This document shows, piece after piece, positions 54,850 to 64,000 of a stretch of DNA of 64,000 nucleotides (its first letter is position 1; each line of letters starts with the position of its first letter). Below the pieces are notes generated by a model. That model was not told the origin of the DNA. It searched no databases and was given only the letters and a program-made list of their open reading frames with translations. Source of the stretch: an uncultured Clostridia bacterium (GTDB lineage: Bacteria > Bacillota > Clostridia > TANB77 > CAG-508); the NCBI GenBank assembly GCA_947628215.1, contig CANQYZ010000006.1, positions 2,924 through 66,923 on the forward strand. The letters run 5' to 3'. The position numbers and the translations under genes were made by a program.

Positions 54850-54928
54850 CTTAAAAAAACTCTTAGATTTTAAAATCTAAGAGTTTTCTTATTTTATTTA
54901 ACTATAAAAATTTATTTATTAATTGATT

Positions 54929-56209
54929 TTATTTCTTTTTTGTTTTCTTATTTTTTATGCTCCATCCTTCTTTATTTAATTGTCTTTGTCTTGCAATAGA
55001 TAAAGCATTATCTGGAACATCATCTGTAATTGTAGATCCTGCAGCTACTACTACATTTTTTCCTACATTTACAGGAGCTACTAAATTAACATTTGATCCA
55101 ATAAATGAATCATCACCAATTTTAGTTTTATGCTTTTCTGCTCCATCATAATTACATGTTATAGTTCCACAACCTATATTTACGTTTTTGCCTATTTCAC
55201 AATCACCCATATAAGATAAATGTGGTACTTTGCTTCCCTCTCCTACTTTTGTTTTCTTAAGTTCAACAAAACTTCCAACTTTTGCATTATTTTCAATAAT
55301 GCATCCTTCTCTTATATAAGCATTTGGTCCTATTTCACAATTTTCTCCAATTACTACTCCATCTTTAATAGTTGTGTTTGGATGAATTACTGTATCTCTT
55401 CCTATTTTTACATCATCATAAATATAAGTACAATTTGAATCTTCTATTGTAACACCATTTTTCATGTGTTCTGTATTTATTCTCATTCTTAAAACTCTTG
55501 TTAAAAGTTCAAGTTGAATTCTATCATTTACTCCTAATATTTCAGTATTGTCTTCTACAATTAAAGCTCCAGTCTTTAATCCTTTTTCGCTCATTATTTT
55601 AATTACATCTGTTAAATAATATTCTCCTTGAGCATTATTTGGTGTAATTTCTTTTATTGCAAGTAATAATTCTGGAATATCAAAACAATAAATTCCTGAA
55701 TTAATTTCTCTTATTTTTCTTTGTTCATCTGTTGCATCTTTTTCTTCTACTATTTCTGTAACTCTACCATCTATATCTCTTATTATTCTTCCATATCCTG
55801 TTGGATTATCATAGATTGCTGTTAATAATGTTGCATATTCACTTTCTGTCTCTGATTTATTTATTAGCTTTCTTAAAGTATCTTCTCTAATTAAAGGAAC
55901 ATCACCATAAAGAATAACTACTTTTCCTTTTTTACCCTCTAAATAAGGAACTGCTTGCATTAAAGCATGACCTGTTCCAAGTAATTCTTTTTGTTCTACA
56001 AACTTTACTCTTCCTTTTAGAACTTCTTCAACACTTTCCTTTTGATGACCAACAACTGCAACGATTTCATCAGACCCAATTCTTTCTGCTAAGTCAACAA
56101 CTCTTGTAACAAGCTCCTTTCCATAAATCTTATGTACAACCTTTGATTTGTTTGTTTTCATTCTAGTCCCTTTTCCTGCTGCCATAATAACTGTTATTAT
56201 ATTTTCCAT
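54929..56209 (-). CDS. glmU: bifunctional UDP-N-acetylglucosamine pyrophosphorylase / GlcN-1-P acetyltransferase
   Basis: MAAGKGTRM motif and left-handed beta-helix hexapeptide repeats. Confidence 0.9.
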   Translation of the reverse strand: MENIITVIMAAGKGTRMKTNKSKVVHKIYGKELVTRVVDLAERIGSDEIVAVVGHQKESVEEVLKGRVKFVEQKELLGTGHALMQAVPYLEGKKGKVVILYGDVPLIREDTLRKLINKSETESEYATLLTAIYDNPTGYGRIIRDIDGRVTEIVEEKDATDEQRKIREINSGIYCFDIPELLLAIKEITPNNAQGEYYLTDVIKIMSEKGLKTGALIVEDNTEILGVNDRIQLELLTRVLRMRINTEHMKNGVTIEDSNCTYIYDDVKIGRDTVIHPNTTIKDGVVIGENCEIGPNAYIREGCIIENNAKVGSFVELKKTKVGEGSKVPHLSYMGDCEIGKNVNIGCGTITCNYDGAEKHKTKIGDDSFIGSNVNLVAPVNVGKNVVVAAGSTITDDVPDNALSIARQRQLNKEGWSIKNKKTKKK

Positions 56210-56345
56210 ACTTCTATCATCTTACCTTTCTAAAAACAGTTTTATAAATTATGAAATGATTTTATCACAAGAGATACGATTTTACAATATTTGCATTTTT
56301 CATAAATATCAAAATGAGAAGCATTTGTGCCTCTCATTTTATTTT

Positions 56346-56582
56346 TTATCGGTTGCATATGCACTTAGTAAATATAGCAATTGAGATAAGTGCAATTATA
56401 AGACCTGTTATTATAGCTATAAAATATGCAAGTGTTAATGTTGCTACAATTCCAAATAAAGATTCTACAACAACACCAATTGCAAATGCAAGTATTATAG
56501 CTAAAAGTGCAATAATTATTTTAAAGCAATTACATTTATTATTGCATTTTTTGTTACAGTTAATTATTATATCTGGCTCCAT
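56346..56582 (-). CDS. small Cys-rich membrane protein (78 aa)
   Basis: CNKKCNNKCNCF followed by two TM helices. Confidence 0.45.
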   Translation of the reverse strand: MEPDIIINCNKKCNNKCNCFKIIIALLAIILAFAIGVVVESLFGIVATLTLAYFIAIITGLIIALISIAIFTKCICNR

Positions 56583-56632
56583 TTTTTATCACCTACTTAT
56601 TTTTAAGTTATAGTATATTATATGAAGCTTAT

Positions 56633-57822
56633 CTATTTTTTGTTTAACTCTCCTGCTTTTTTTATTACATCATAACCATATTTTTTCTTAAGTAAATCAA
56701 CTGTTTTATCTATTTTTTTATCTTTTGTCTCTTCGCTTTTATCAAAAATAGAAAGTTGAAGTTCATCTTTTTCACAAAGTCCATCTACTCTGACTCCAAT
56801 AAGTCTAATTTTATCACCTTTATAACATTCTTTTAATAGTTCTTTTGCAGTATGTGTTATATCTTTCGAAGAATCTGTTCTGCTTGGAAGTTTTTTCTGA
56901 TGCGAATATACTTCAAACTCATTATTTTTTAATTGAACATTTACAAAAGAAGCTAGCATATTTTCTTTTCTTAATCTATATGCTACTTGCTCTGATAATT
57001 TTATAAGTACTGGATACAATTCTTCTAAAGAAGAAAAATCATATGGAAGAGTTTCACTATTTCCTATTCCCTTTGGTCTTGACTCTTCAAAGTGTACTTC
57101 TTCTTTGCTTTCTCCTCTTGAATAAGTCCAAATCATGTAACCATATTTTCCAAAATTCTTTATCATAAACCTCTCATCTTTTTTTGCTAAATCACCAATT
57201 GTTTTTATTCCGAAGTCTATAAAATTTATTTATAGATTTTCTTCCAACCATAAATAAATCTTCTATTGGAAGTGGCCACATTTTTTCTTCTATTTCAGAC
57301 TTATATAAAGTATGTATTTTATCTGGTTTTTCAAAGTCAGATGCCATTTTAGATAAAATCTTATCATCAGAAACTCCTACGTTTACTGTAAATCCAAGCT
57401 CTTTTTTTACTCTCTCTTTAATCTCTATTGCAATTTTAACTAAATCTTCACCGAGGCTTTATGAATTCTGTCATATCTAAAAAACATTCATCTATAGAAA
57501 ACCTTTCTATTTTATCTGAATACTCACAAAGCATTTTATATAGTCTATCAGAATATTTTCTATAAACATCATATTCACCTTTAATTACAACAATGCTTGG
57601 GCATTTTTTTCTAGCTTGAAAAATTGGTTCTGCAGTTTTTATTCCAAACTGTTTTGCAATATTACTTTTTGCAATTACAATTCCTCTTCTTTGCTCTTCA
57701 TCTCCACCTATAATAGCAGGAATTGTTCTAATATCTAGTTTTTCTCCTCTTTTTAGTTTTTCTACTGCACTCCATGATAAAAAAGCATTATTAACATCTA
57801 TATGCAGAAATTTTTTCTCCAC
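56633..57822 (-). CDS. dinB: DNA polymerase IV, frame interrupted at C-GGT 57453 and C-GGA 57212
   Basis: HIDVNNAF and SIDECFLD motifs. The junctions read EFIKP-G-EDLVKIA and INKFYRL-G-IKTIGDLA. Repaired length is 1188 nt. GTG start. Confidence 0.9.
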
Positions 57823-57845
57823 TTATATCACCTAGAAAAATTATA

Positions 57846-57857
57846 AAACATATGTTT
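57846..57857. promoter_or_regulatory. putative SOS (LexA) operator AAAC-N4-GTTT in the dinB promoter spacer
   Basis: The palindrome aaacatatgttt lies between TTGACA and TATAAT (N17) on the minus strand. Confidence 0.5.
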
Positions 57858-57874
57858 TTATGTGTCAACTTTAT

Positions 57875-59018
57875 TTATAAGCTAATTATCTTTTCCCAAG
57901 CAAGATTTTCTTTTCCAAAATGACCATAATTTGTAGTATCTTTATATATTGGCTTTTTTAAATCTAAATACTCTATTATTCCTCTTGGAGTTAAATCAAA
58001 AACTTTATATATTTTTTTCACAATATCCTCTTCTGGAATTGTATTTGTTCCAAAAGTATCAACAAATATAGATATTGGTTTTGCAACACCAATACTATAA
58101 GAAAGTTGTATTTCGCATCTTGAAGCAAGTTTATTTGCAACTATATTTTTAGCAATAAATCTTGCCATATAACATGCAGATCTATCTACTTTTGTAGGAT
58201 CTTTCCCTGAAAAAGCACCTCCACCATGGCGACTATATCCTCCATAAGTATCTACGATTATCTTTCTTCCGAGTTAAACCACTATCTCCAAGAGGACCTC
58301 CTATTACAAATCTTCCTGTTGGATTAATATAATATTTTGTGTTTTCATCTAAAAGATTTTCTGGAATAACTTTTTTAATAACTTCTTCTTTTATGTCTTT
58401 TCTTAAAGTTTCCATATCTACTGAATCTAAATGCTGAGTTGATACTACAACTGCATCAATTCTATATGGAACATTTCCTTTATACTCTACTGTAACTTGT
58501 GTTTTTCCATCTGGTCTTAAGTAATCTAATATTTTTTCTTTTCTAACTAATGTTAATCTTCTTGCAAGTTTATGAGCAAGTGATATTGGAAGAGGCATAA
58601 GTTCTTCTGTTTCATCACATGCAAATCCAAACATTATTCCTTGATCCCCAGCGCCTTCTGTTTGTTTTGAATTACTTGTTTTTGATTCTAAAGAATTATC
58701 AACTCCAAGAGCAATATCATCTGATTGTTTTGATATATTAATATGAACTTTGCAAGTTCTATAATCAATATCTGTTTTCTCATTATCATATCCAATATCT
58801 CTTAAAGTATTTCTTACAATTTTTTCAATATCAACTTCTCCTTTTGATGTAATTTCTCCTGTAACTATTATTTCTCCTTTACTTGCAACAGTCTCACATG
58901 CAACTCTAGAATTTGGATCTTGCTCTAAATAGCTATCTAATATACTATCTGAAATATAGTCACAAACCTTGTCTGGATGTCCTTCTGTTACACTTTCTGA
59001 TGTAAATAATTTTCTCAT
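57875..59018 (-). CDS. metK: S-adenosylmethionine synthase, frame interrupted at C-GGA 58271
   Basis: GHPDK and GAGDQG motifs. The junction restores [37 protein letters not shown]. Repaired length is 1143 nt. Confidence 0.95.
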
Positions 59019-59063
59019 ATCTAATCCTCCTAAATATATATTTATATATCATCAATTTTAAGC

Positions 59064-59210
59064 TCAAAAAAACCTTTGCAGCATTTGCAAAGGTTAATAA
59101 CTTCTTTAATCATCAGCCAAAGCTTACTGCTTTGTCGGTATTAGCACCTTATTTTTTAATAGGTTGCTGTGGAGTCATAAAGCCGAATCTCTCGTCCACT
59201 CTTGATAATA
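59064..59210 (-). promoter_or_regulatory. SAM-I (S-box) riboswitch with terminator upstream of metK
   Basis: Minus strand reads TTATCAAGAGTGG.CGAGAG...ATGACTCC.CAGCAACC...GGTGCTAATACC, then AACCTTTGCAAATGCTGCAAAGGTTTTTTT. Confidence 0.85.
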
Positions 59211-59262
59211 TATATTTTATGTTGTTTATTATGACAGACTTTTTTCTAGTTGTCAATATTTT

Positions 59263-59797
59263 CTAAAATTTAAGTTCCTTCATTTTTGAAATATCAATAT
59301 TATAAATCTTTTCATAAACACTTTGTACATCTAAAGAAGTTACTTTTGATTTATCTAAATCTAACTTCTCTATCATATCTAATACTTCTTTTTCATTTTT
59401 TCCTTCAATTTCAAGATAAGTTGGAATTAATGGCCAAGAATCTATATCAAGTTCTACTCCATAAAGCATATATCTAATTCTTTTATTTTCTTGATAAGCT
59501 TTGCTAAAAAATCCCATTTTATTTAATATTTCATTTGTAGTCTCTAAATCTGATACTACAATCTCAGCTTCTTTTGTACCATCTATTTTATCTGATGTGA
59601 CATCTTTAAAAGTAAGTGTAGTCTCTATTCCATTAGTTCTAAGTCTAATCCATTTACCGATCATTTTTGGGAATAGTATCATAAACATATCTTTTTTGGT
59701 TAAATTCTCCTATTTTTTCAGCATGTAATTCTTCTAATTTTTTTATTAATTTTTCTTTATCAATTTCAAGAACTCTAACTTCATATTCTGTTTTCAT
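59263..59797 (-). CDS. CYTH-domain protein (class IV adenylyl cyclase / triphosphatase-like), frame interrupted at C-GGT 59659
   Basis: MKTEYEVRVLEI start (EXEXK-like). The junction reads IPKND-G-KWIRLRTNG. Repaired length is 534 nt. Confidence 0.7.
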
Positions 59798-59811
59798 AAA
59801 GGCTCCTAACT

Positions 59812-60582
59812 TTATTTAATAGAACTCATAAATTTATTAGCACATTTTTTTATATTCTTCATCTTTTTAATTGTATCTTTATTTTTGTAATCTATTCTAT
59901 TTATTAATTTATCAACATAATCATTGTCTTTTAAATATTTAAGTCCAATATCATAATTAAAATCATATATCCAAGCTAAATAAGATACCCAAAAATCAAG
60001 TGGTGTTTTTCTGTTTTCGCATTTTATTTGTTTATGATTCATAAAATCTTCATAAACATCATCACTAATTTTTTCTTTTTCAATCTCTTCTTCTGAAATT
60101 CTATATAAAGTTTCAAATTCTTCTGTGTATTTTATTCTAAAATTATCTGTTTTATCAGCATCTCTTATTATTTTACAATGAAGTAATTCTTCTTCTGTTA
60201 ATCCTTTTTCTATCTGATATTTATTATGATTTTTTATTGCTTTTAAGATAATGCTATCATATTGATCATCTTTTATAAAACTTCTAATTAAGTTATTCTC
60301 AAATAATACGTTAATTCCATATTCTGCATGATCTTTATCTTTAGAATCAATGAAACAATCAAATTTTTTTGCTTGTTCAAATCTTCCTATATCATGCAAA
60401 AGCGCAATTAATTTTGCAAGCTCTATATTTTCTTCATCTAGTCCTATTTTTTCTGCTATATATCCACTCATTGAAACGACACCATAAGTATGTCTTATTT
60501 TTACTTCAATTTTATCATCTTCTGTATTATATTTGTCAACATATGACTTAAATACTTTTTCTGCACTTACTAAATCTATCAT
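59812..60582 (-). CDS. HD-domain phosphohydrolase
   Basis: LLHDIGRFEQ and RDADKTDN motifs. Confidence 0.75.
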   Translation of the reverse strand: MIDLVSAEKVFKSYVDKYNTEDDKIEVKIRHTYGVVSMSGYIAEKIGLDEENIELAKLIALLHDIGRFEQAKKFDCFIDSKDKDHAEYGINVLFENNLIRSFIKDDQYDSIILKAIKNHNKYQIEKGLTEEELLHCKIIRDADKTDNFRIKYTEEFETLYRISEEEIEKEKISDDVYEDFMNHKQIKCENRKTPLDFWVSYLAWIYDFNYDIGLKYLKDNDYVDKLINRIDYKNKDTIKKMKNIKKCANKFMSSIK

Positions 60583-60600
60583 TTCTATTATTTTGTCCTT

Positions 60601-61122
60601 CTATTTTATTATTTTGATTATATTTTCTTTTCTAGGCTTTGCTTTTGGATATTCTCCTTCTATTTTTCCAATTGCTAAAGAACCAACGCATTTATACTTT
60701 TCTGGTATCTCTAGTTTTTCTCTTAAAGAATTTCCAAGTTCAGATTTAAATAAATCATCTGTACAATTTATCCAGCATGCTCCAAGATTTAGTGCTGTTG
60801 CTGCTAGATGCATATTTTCTATAGCTGTAGACGCATCTTTTACATATGTATTTATTGTTTCGTCGCCAAATACTAGAATTACTGTTGGAGCTCCATAAAA
60901 AGGACTTGTTGAAATGTTTCTTATCTGCATACATTTATCTACTAGCTCGTGCATTATTTCTTCATTTTGTATTGCTACAAAACCATAAGATTGCATATTC
61001 ATTCCACTTGGTGCATATGAAGCACATTCTAATATAGTATGCAAATCTTCATCTGAAATTTGTTCATCTTTAAAATTTCGTATGCTTCTTCTGTTTAAAA
61101 TCGTTTCAATTGTACTATTCAT
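60601..61122 (-). CDS. nitroreductase family protein
   Basis: RRSIRNF and APSGMNMQ motifs. Confidence 0.85.
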   Translation of the reverse strand: MNSTIETILNRRSIRNFKDEQISDEDLHTILECASYAPSGMNMQSYGFVAIQNEEIMHELVDKCMQIRNISTSPFYGAPTVILVFGDETINTYVKDASTAIENMHLAATALNLGACWINCTDDLFKSELGNSLREKLEIPEKYKCVGSLAIGKIEGEYPKAKPRKENIIKIIK

Positions 61123-61240
61123 AAATTCCTCCTAATAGCTAATTCTTAAGTATTCTAGAATAAATTCTTTATCAATATTATCAAATAAAAATATCTTTGT
61201 CTATTGTTTTAAAATTAATGTAATAGAAATAATACATAAT

Positions 61241-61269
61241 TTGAAAAAATCCCCGAAATGTGCTATAAT
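61241..61269 (+). promoter_or_regulatory. promoter of cassette 5 (TTGAAA-N17-TGcTATAAT)
   Basis: -35 at 61241-61246, extended -10 at 61261-61269. Confidence 0.6.
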
Positions 61270-61342
61270 AAAGGTACTCGCAACTATACATTGTGGGTGC
61301 AACACCACACACACTTCTCAACTTTAAGAAGGAGGATTAGTC

Positions 61343-61699
61343 ATGGCGAAGAAACTGGTTGCACTGCGAGAGGACATTTCTCAGAAGGTTGGCGGAATGG
61401 AGCCCAAGACCATCTACGAGGTCGAGCGCATCGACAATCGTGGGAACTACAAGCTCCTGGGAGTAGCGGGTATCTATCCCGTAACGCTCTTCCGCGACAT
61501 CCCCATCTACCTTTGCATCACGACCGAAGTGCCGCAAGTCGGTACTCAAATGGGCATCTTCTGGCGAATCGAACCGAGTCTCACCCTCGGAAGTTACCAG
61601 CACAGCTCTGTCATCACCAAGGTGACTCAACTCTACGACAACGTCTACGAGGTCTGGACCAAGAATACGATCTACATCACGCAGGTTAAGCTTAGCTAA
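61343..61699 (+). CDS. orphan protein (118 aa) in GC-rich cassette 5
   Basis: AAGGAGG RBS 7 nt before the ATG. G/C-ending codons dominate. A terminator follows. Confidence 0.7.
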   Translation: MAKKLVALREDISQKVGGMEPKTIYEVERIDNRGNYKLLGVAGIYPVTLFRDIPIYLCITTEVPQVGTQMGIFWRIEPSLTLGSYQHSSVITKVTQLYDNVYEVWTKNTIYITQVKLS

Positions 61700-61713
61700 A
61701 CCATCAACCAGTA

Positions 61714-61755
61714 AAAGAGGCATTAGGGCTCACCTAAAAGCCTCTTCTATTTTTT
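61714..61755 (+). terminator. terminator of cassette 5
   Basis: AAAGAGGC-loop-GCCTCTT followed by CTATTTTTT. Confidence 0.7.
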
Positions 61756-61833
61756 AAAATAAAAAAACAATATAGAAACTTTCTATATCGTTTTTATCTA
61801 CATATTTTTGAATGTGCTATATAGCACACTATT

Positions 61834-62187
61834 TTATTTTGCTTTTTTTGCAACTTCTGCAATTTCAGCAAATGCTTTTGGATCAGAAACTGCAACTTCT
61901 GCAAGCATCTTTCTGTTTATATTAACATTTGCTTTCTTTAATCCTGAAATTAAAGTACTATATGTTAATCCATTCATTCTTGCTGCTGCATTAATTCTTA
62001 TAATCCATAATTTTCTAAAATTACTCTTTTTATCTTTTCTTCCTACATATGCATACATTCCAGATTTCATAACAGCTTGTTTTGCCATTCTATATCTGTA
62101 GTGTTTTGCACCATAGTAACCTTTTGCTAGCTTAATAACTTTTTTATGTCTAGCTCTTGTAGTTCTTGCTGTTTTTACTCTTGCCAT
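61834..62187 (-). CDS. rplT: 50S ribosomal protein L20
   Basis: [16 protein letters not shown] start. Confidence 0.97.
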   Translation of the reverse strand: MARVKTARTTRARHKKVIKLAKGYYGAKHYRYRMAKQAVMKSGMYAYVGRKDKKSNFRKLWIIRINAAARMNGLTYSTLISGLKKANVNINRKMLAEVAVSDPKAFAEIAEVAKKAK

Positions 62188-62217
62188 TTATATTCAACTC
62201 CTTTACTCTCTAAAATA

Positions 62218-62421
62218 CTAATCACCATATGGTAATAATTTCTTTACATGTGATTTACATGTATTATCTAATATTCCGTCTTGTACTCTAGCTGTATGTT
62301 TTTGTCTCTTTGTTTTATTAGCTAATAAGTGTCTTCTATTAGCTTTTGTTCTTTTTACTTTACCACTACCTGTAAAACCATATCTTTTACTTGCAGCTTT
62401 ATTTGTTTTTAATTTTGGCAT
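62218..62421 (-). CDS. rpmI: 50S ribosomal protein L35
   Basis: MPKLKTNKAASKRY start. Confidence 0.97.
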   Translation of the reverse strand: MPKLKTNKAASKRYGFTGSGKVKRTKANRRHLLANKTKRQKHTARVQDGILDNTCKSHVKKLLPYGD

Positions 62422-62436
62422 AATAAATTCTCCTTT

Positions 62437-62958
62437 CTATTTCTTAGCTAGTATTAAAAACATTGTTTTACCTTCTAAAAGAGGTTTCTTTTCAACAACA
62501 GATACTTCAGAAAGTTGTTCAGCAAATTTATTTAGAACAATCTCACCAGCTTTTACGTTGTTTAGTTCTCTTCCTCTAAATCTAACAGTGAATTTAACTT
62601 TGTTTCCAGCCTCTAAAAATCCTTTTGCATTTTTACACTTGAATTCAAAGTCATGGTCTCCAATATTAGGAGTAACTCTTATCTCTTTAATTTCAATTGC
62701 TTTTTGATTTTTTCTAGATTCTTTTTCTCTTTTTGCTTGTTCAAATTTGTATTTTCCATAATTCATTATTTTACAAACTGGAACATCAGCGTTTGGAGAA
62801 ACTAAAACTAAATCTAATCCTTTTTCATCAGCAATTTCAATTGCAGCAGATGTTGCCATCTCTCCTAATTTTTGTCCTTCTTCACTAATTACTTGAACTT
62901 TACTAAATCTTATTTGTTCGTTAATAGGTAATTCTTGTTTTATATAAAACACCTCCAC
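62437..62958 (-). CDS. infC: translation initiation factor IF-3 (true start probably the in-frame ATA at 62943)
   Basis: INEQIR...VISEEG and C-terminal domain motifs. The GGAGGTG RBS lies inside the track ORF, 6 nt before ATA. Confidence 0.9.
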   Translation of the reverse strand: MEVFYIKQELPINEQIRFSKVQVISEEGQKLGEMATSAAIEIADEKGLDLVLVSPNADVPVCKIMNYGKYKFEQAKREKESRKNQKAIEIKEIRVTPNIGDHDFEFKCKNAKGFLEAGNKVKFTVRFRGRELNNVKAGEIVLNKFAEQLSEVSVVEKKPLLEGKTMFLILAKK

Positions 62959-62974
62959 ATTCTATGTGTTTTTT

Positions 62975-63150
62975 CATTTTTCTTAAAATAAAAAATGACT
63001 TGTTTTTTAAAAACAAGTCTATCCACTATTATCCAATAAATAAAATTAAATTTACTATGTAAATACTTTTTATTTATTAAATATAAAATTTTATTACCTT
63101 TTTCTATAAAAAGATGAGGTGAGAAGTGGATGACTTCTTCTTAAAACTTA
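62975..63150 (-). promoter_or_regulatory. leader of the infC-rpmI-rplT operon with an attenuator hairpin (L20-leader-like)
   Basis: Minus strand reads GACTTGTTTTT-AAAAAACAAGTC followed by ATTTTTT (about 62990..63020). An upstream TTGACA promoter lies near 63180. The family call is tentative. Confidence 0.4.
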
Positions 63151-63207
63151 TTATAATATACTACTTTTTTAAGCTTATGTCAAGGTTTTTAGCTAAAAAA
63201 GATAGAA

Positions 63208-64000
63208 CTATTCTTTTATAATTTTGCAATTATATGTTTTTCCATCTATGCTTACATATAAATAAAAACTTTTACTTTCAAAATCTTCTGTATTTATCTC
63301 AAATCTACACTTAAATGTGTCATCATTTTCAATAAGTTCCTCAATATCTTTTGAATAATATATATTATTATCACTATCTTTAATATATATAGTTGAGTTT
63401 TTTATCTTTTGGTATTCTTCTCTATCCAATCTGTTATTCAAAGAATTATTATAATCACTATATCCTTTAATTTTTCCATCTATTATTAACATCTGCTGTG
63501 TTACATTCATTTTGTTAATATCTAAATTTTCTATATTATTTTCTAGTTTTAGATTAATAGTCTTTGGATTGTAATACTTTTCACTAGTATTTATTTCAAA
63601 TACCCATTCTGCATTTGAAATATTAAAACTATTCTGCTCATTTATTTTAAATTTATTTTCATTTTTCTCTATGTCTGACATTAAAAATCCTAAATCAAAA
63701 ATTTTTATAAATAATTTTTTACTTGTTGGAAATCCTTTTTTTGAAGTTACTTCTATTTCAGAAATGATATTTCTATCTTTTGAACTAATATTATAAATTC
63801 CACTAGAATTCATATATAAATTTTCAAATACATTTTTAGAATCATACTTTATTCCAAGTTCTTTATATAAATTTAAAATTGTCTGTTCATCTTTCACATT
63901 AGGATTTATTCTAGATTCTACATCATAAATATTATTATTCTCATCATATATAGCATATCCGAATGAAAACGATTCAGAATTAACATCGATATTATCATCA
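63208..64000 (-). CDS. hypothetical protein, 5' end beyond the right edge
   Basis: The frame stays open upstream of the track's GTG (63897) through to 64000 (..DDNIDVNSESFSFGYAIYDENNNIYDVESRINPNVKDEQT..). Confidence 0.5.
   Translation of the reverse strand, partial: DDNIDVNSESFSFGYAIYDENNNIYDVESRINPNVKDEQTILNLYKELGIKYDSKNVFENLYMNSSGIYNISSKDRNIISEIEVTSKKGFPTSKKLFIKIFDLGFLMSDIEKNENKFKINEQNSFNISNAEWVFEINTSEKYYNPKTINLKLENNIENLDINKMNVTQQMLIIDGKIKGYSDYNNSLNNRLDREEYQKIKNSTIYIKDSDNNIYYSKDIEELIENDDTFKCRFEINTEDFESKSFYLYVSIDGKTYNCKIIKE

Overview
This is a very AT-rich, Clostridia-type Firmicute chromosomal window, with roughly 30% G+C in the host lines I hand-counted. TGA acts as a stop codon, seen in ATGA stop/start overlaps. 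Most genes are on the minus strand and are housekeeping: rluB/rluD, a MoxR-DUF58-VWA-TPR (Bat-like) operon, rarA, ruvA, gap-pgk-tpiA-gpmI, mtaB-like, mreB, mutS2, lexA, obg, trpS, glyQS, greA, aspS, mltG, a nifS-like gene, glmU, dinB, metK and infC-rpmI-rplT. The left edge carries a mobile-element remnant with a TraG/VirD4-like coupling ATPase and a replication-relaxation protein. I found two T-box leaders, a SAM-I riboswitch, a CIRCE element, putative SOS boxes and a DnaA-box cluster. I saw no rRNA, tRNA or CRISPR array.

Two signals are not explained by ordinary annotation.

(1) Seventeen genes, including the essential aspS, metK, obg and gpmI, are each broken by single-base insertions, 22 in total. 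All 22 are a C placed directly 5' of an in-frame glycine codon on the sense strand, so the zero-frame codon is always CGG. In my manual scan I found no other in-frame CGG in host-type genes. This looks like either codon-specific +1 recoding (a hungry CGG codon or CGGN quadruplet decoding) or a very unusual systematic artefact.

(2) Five short G+C-rich monocistronic cassettes sit in intergenic gaps between core genes. Each has a host-style promoter, a strong RBS, an orphan ORF of about 76-144 aa and a terminator. Their proteins match no family I recognise, and three of them use in-frame CGG.
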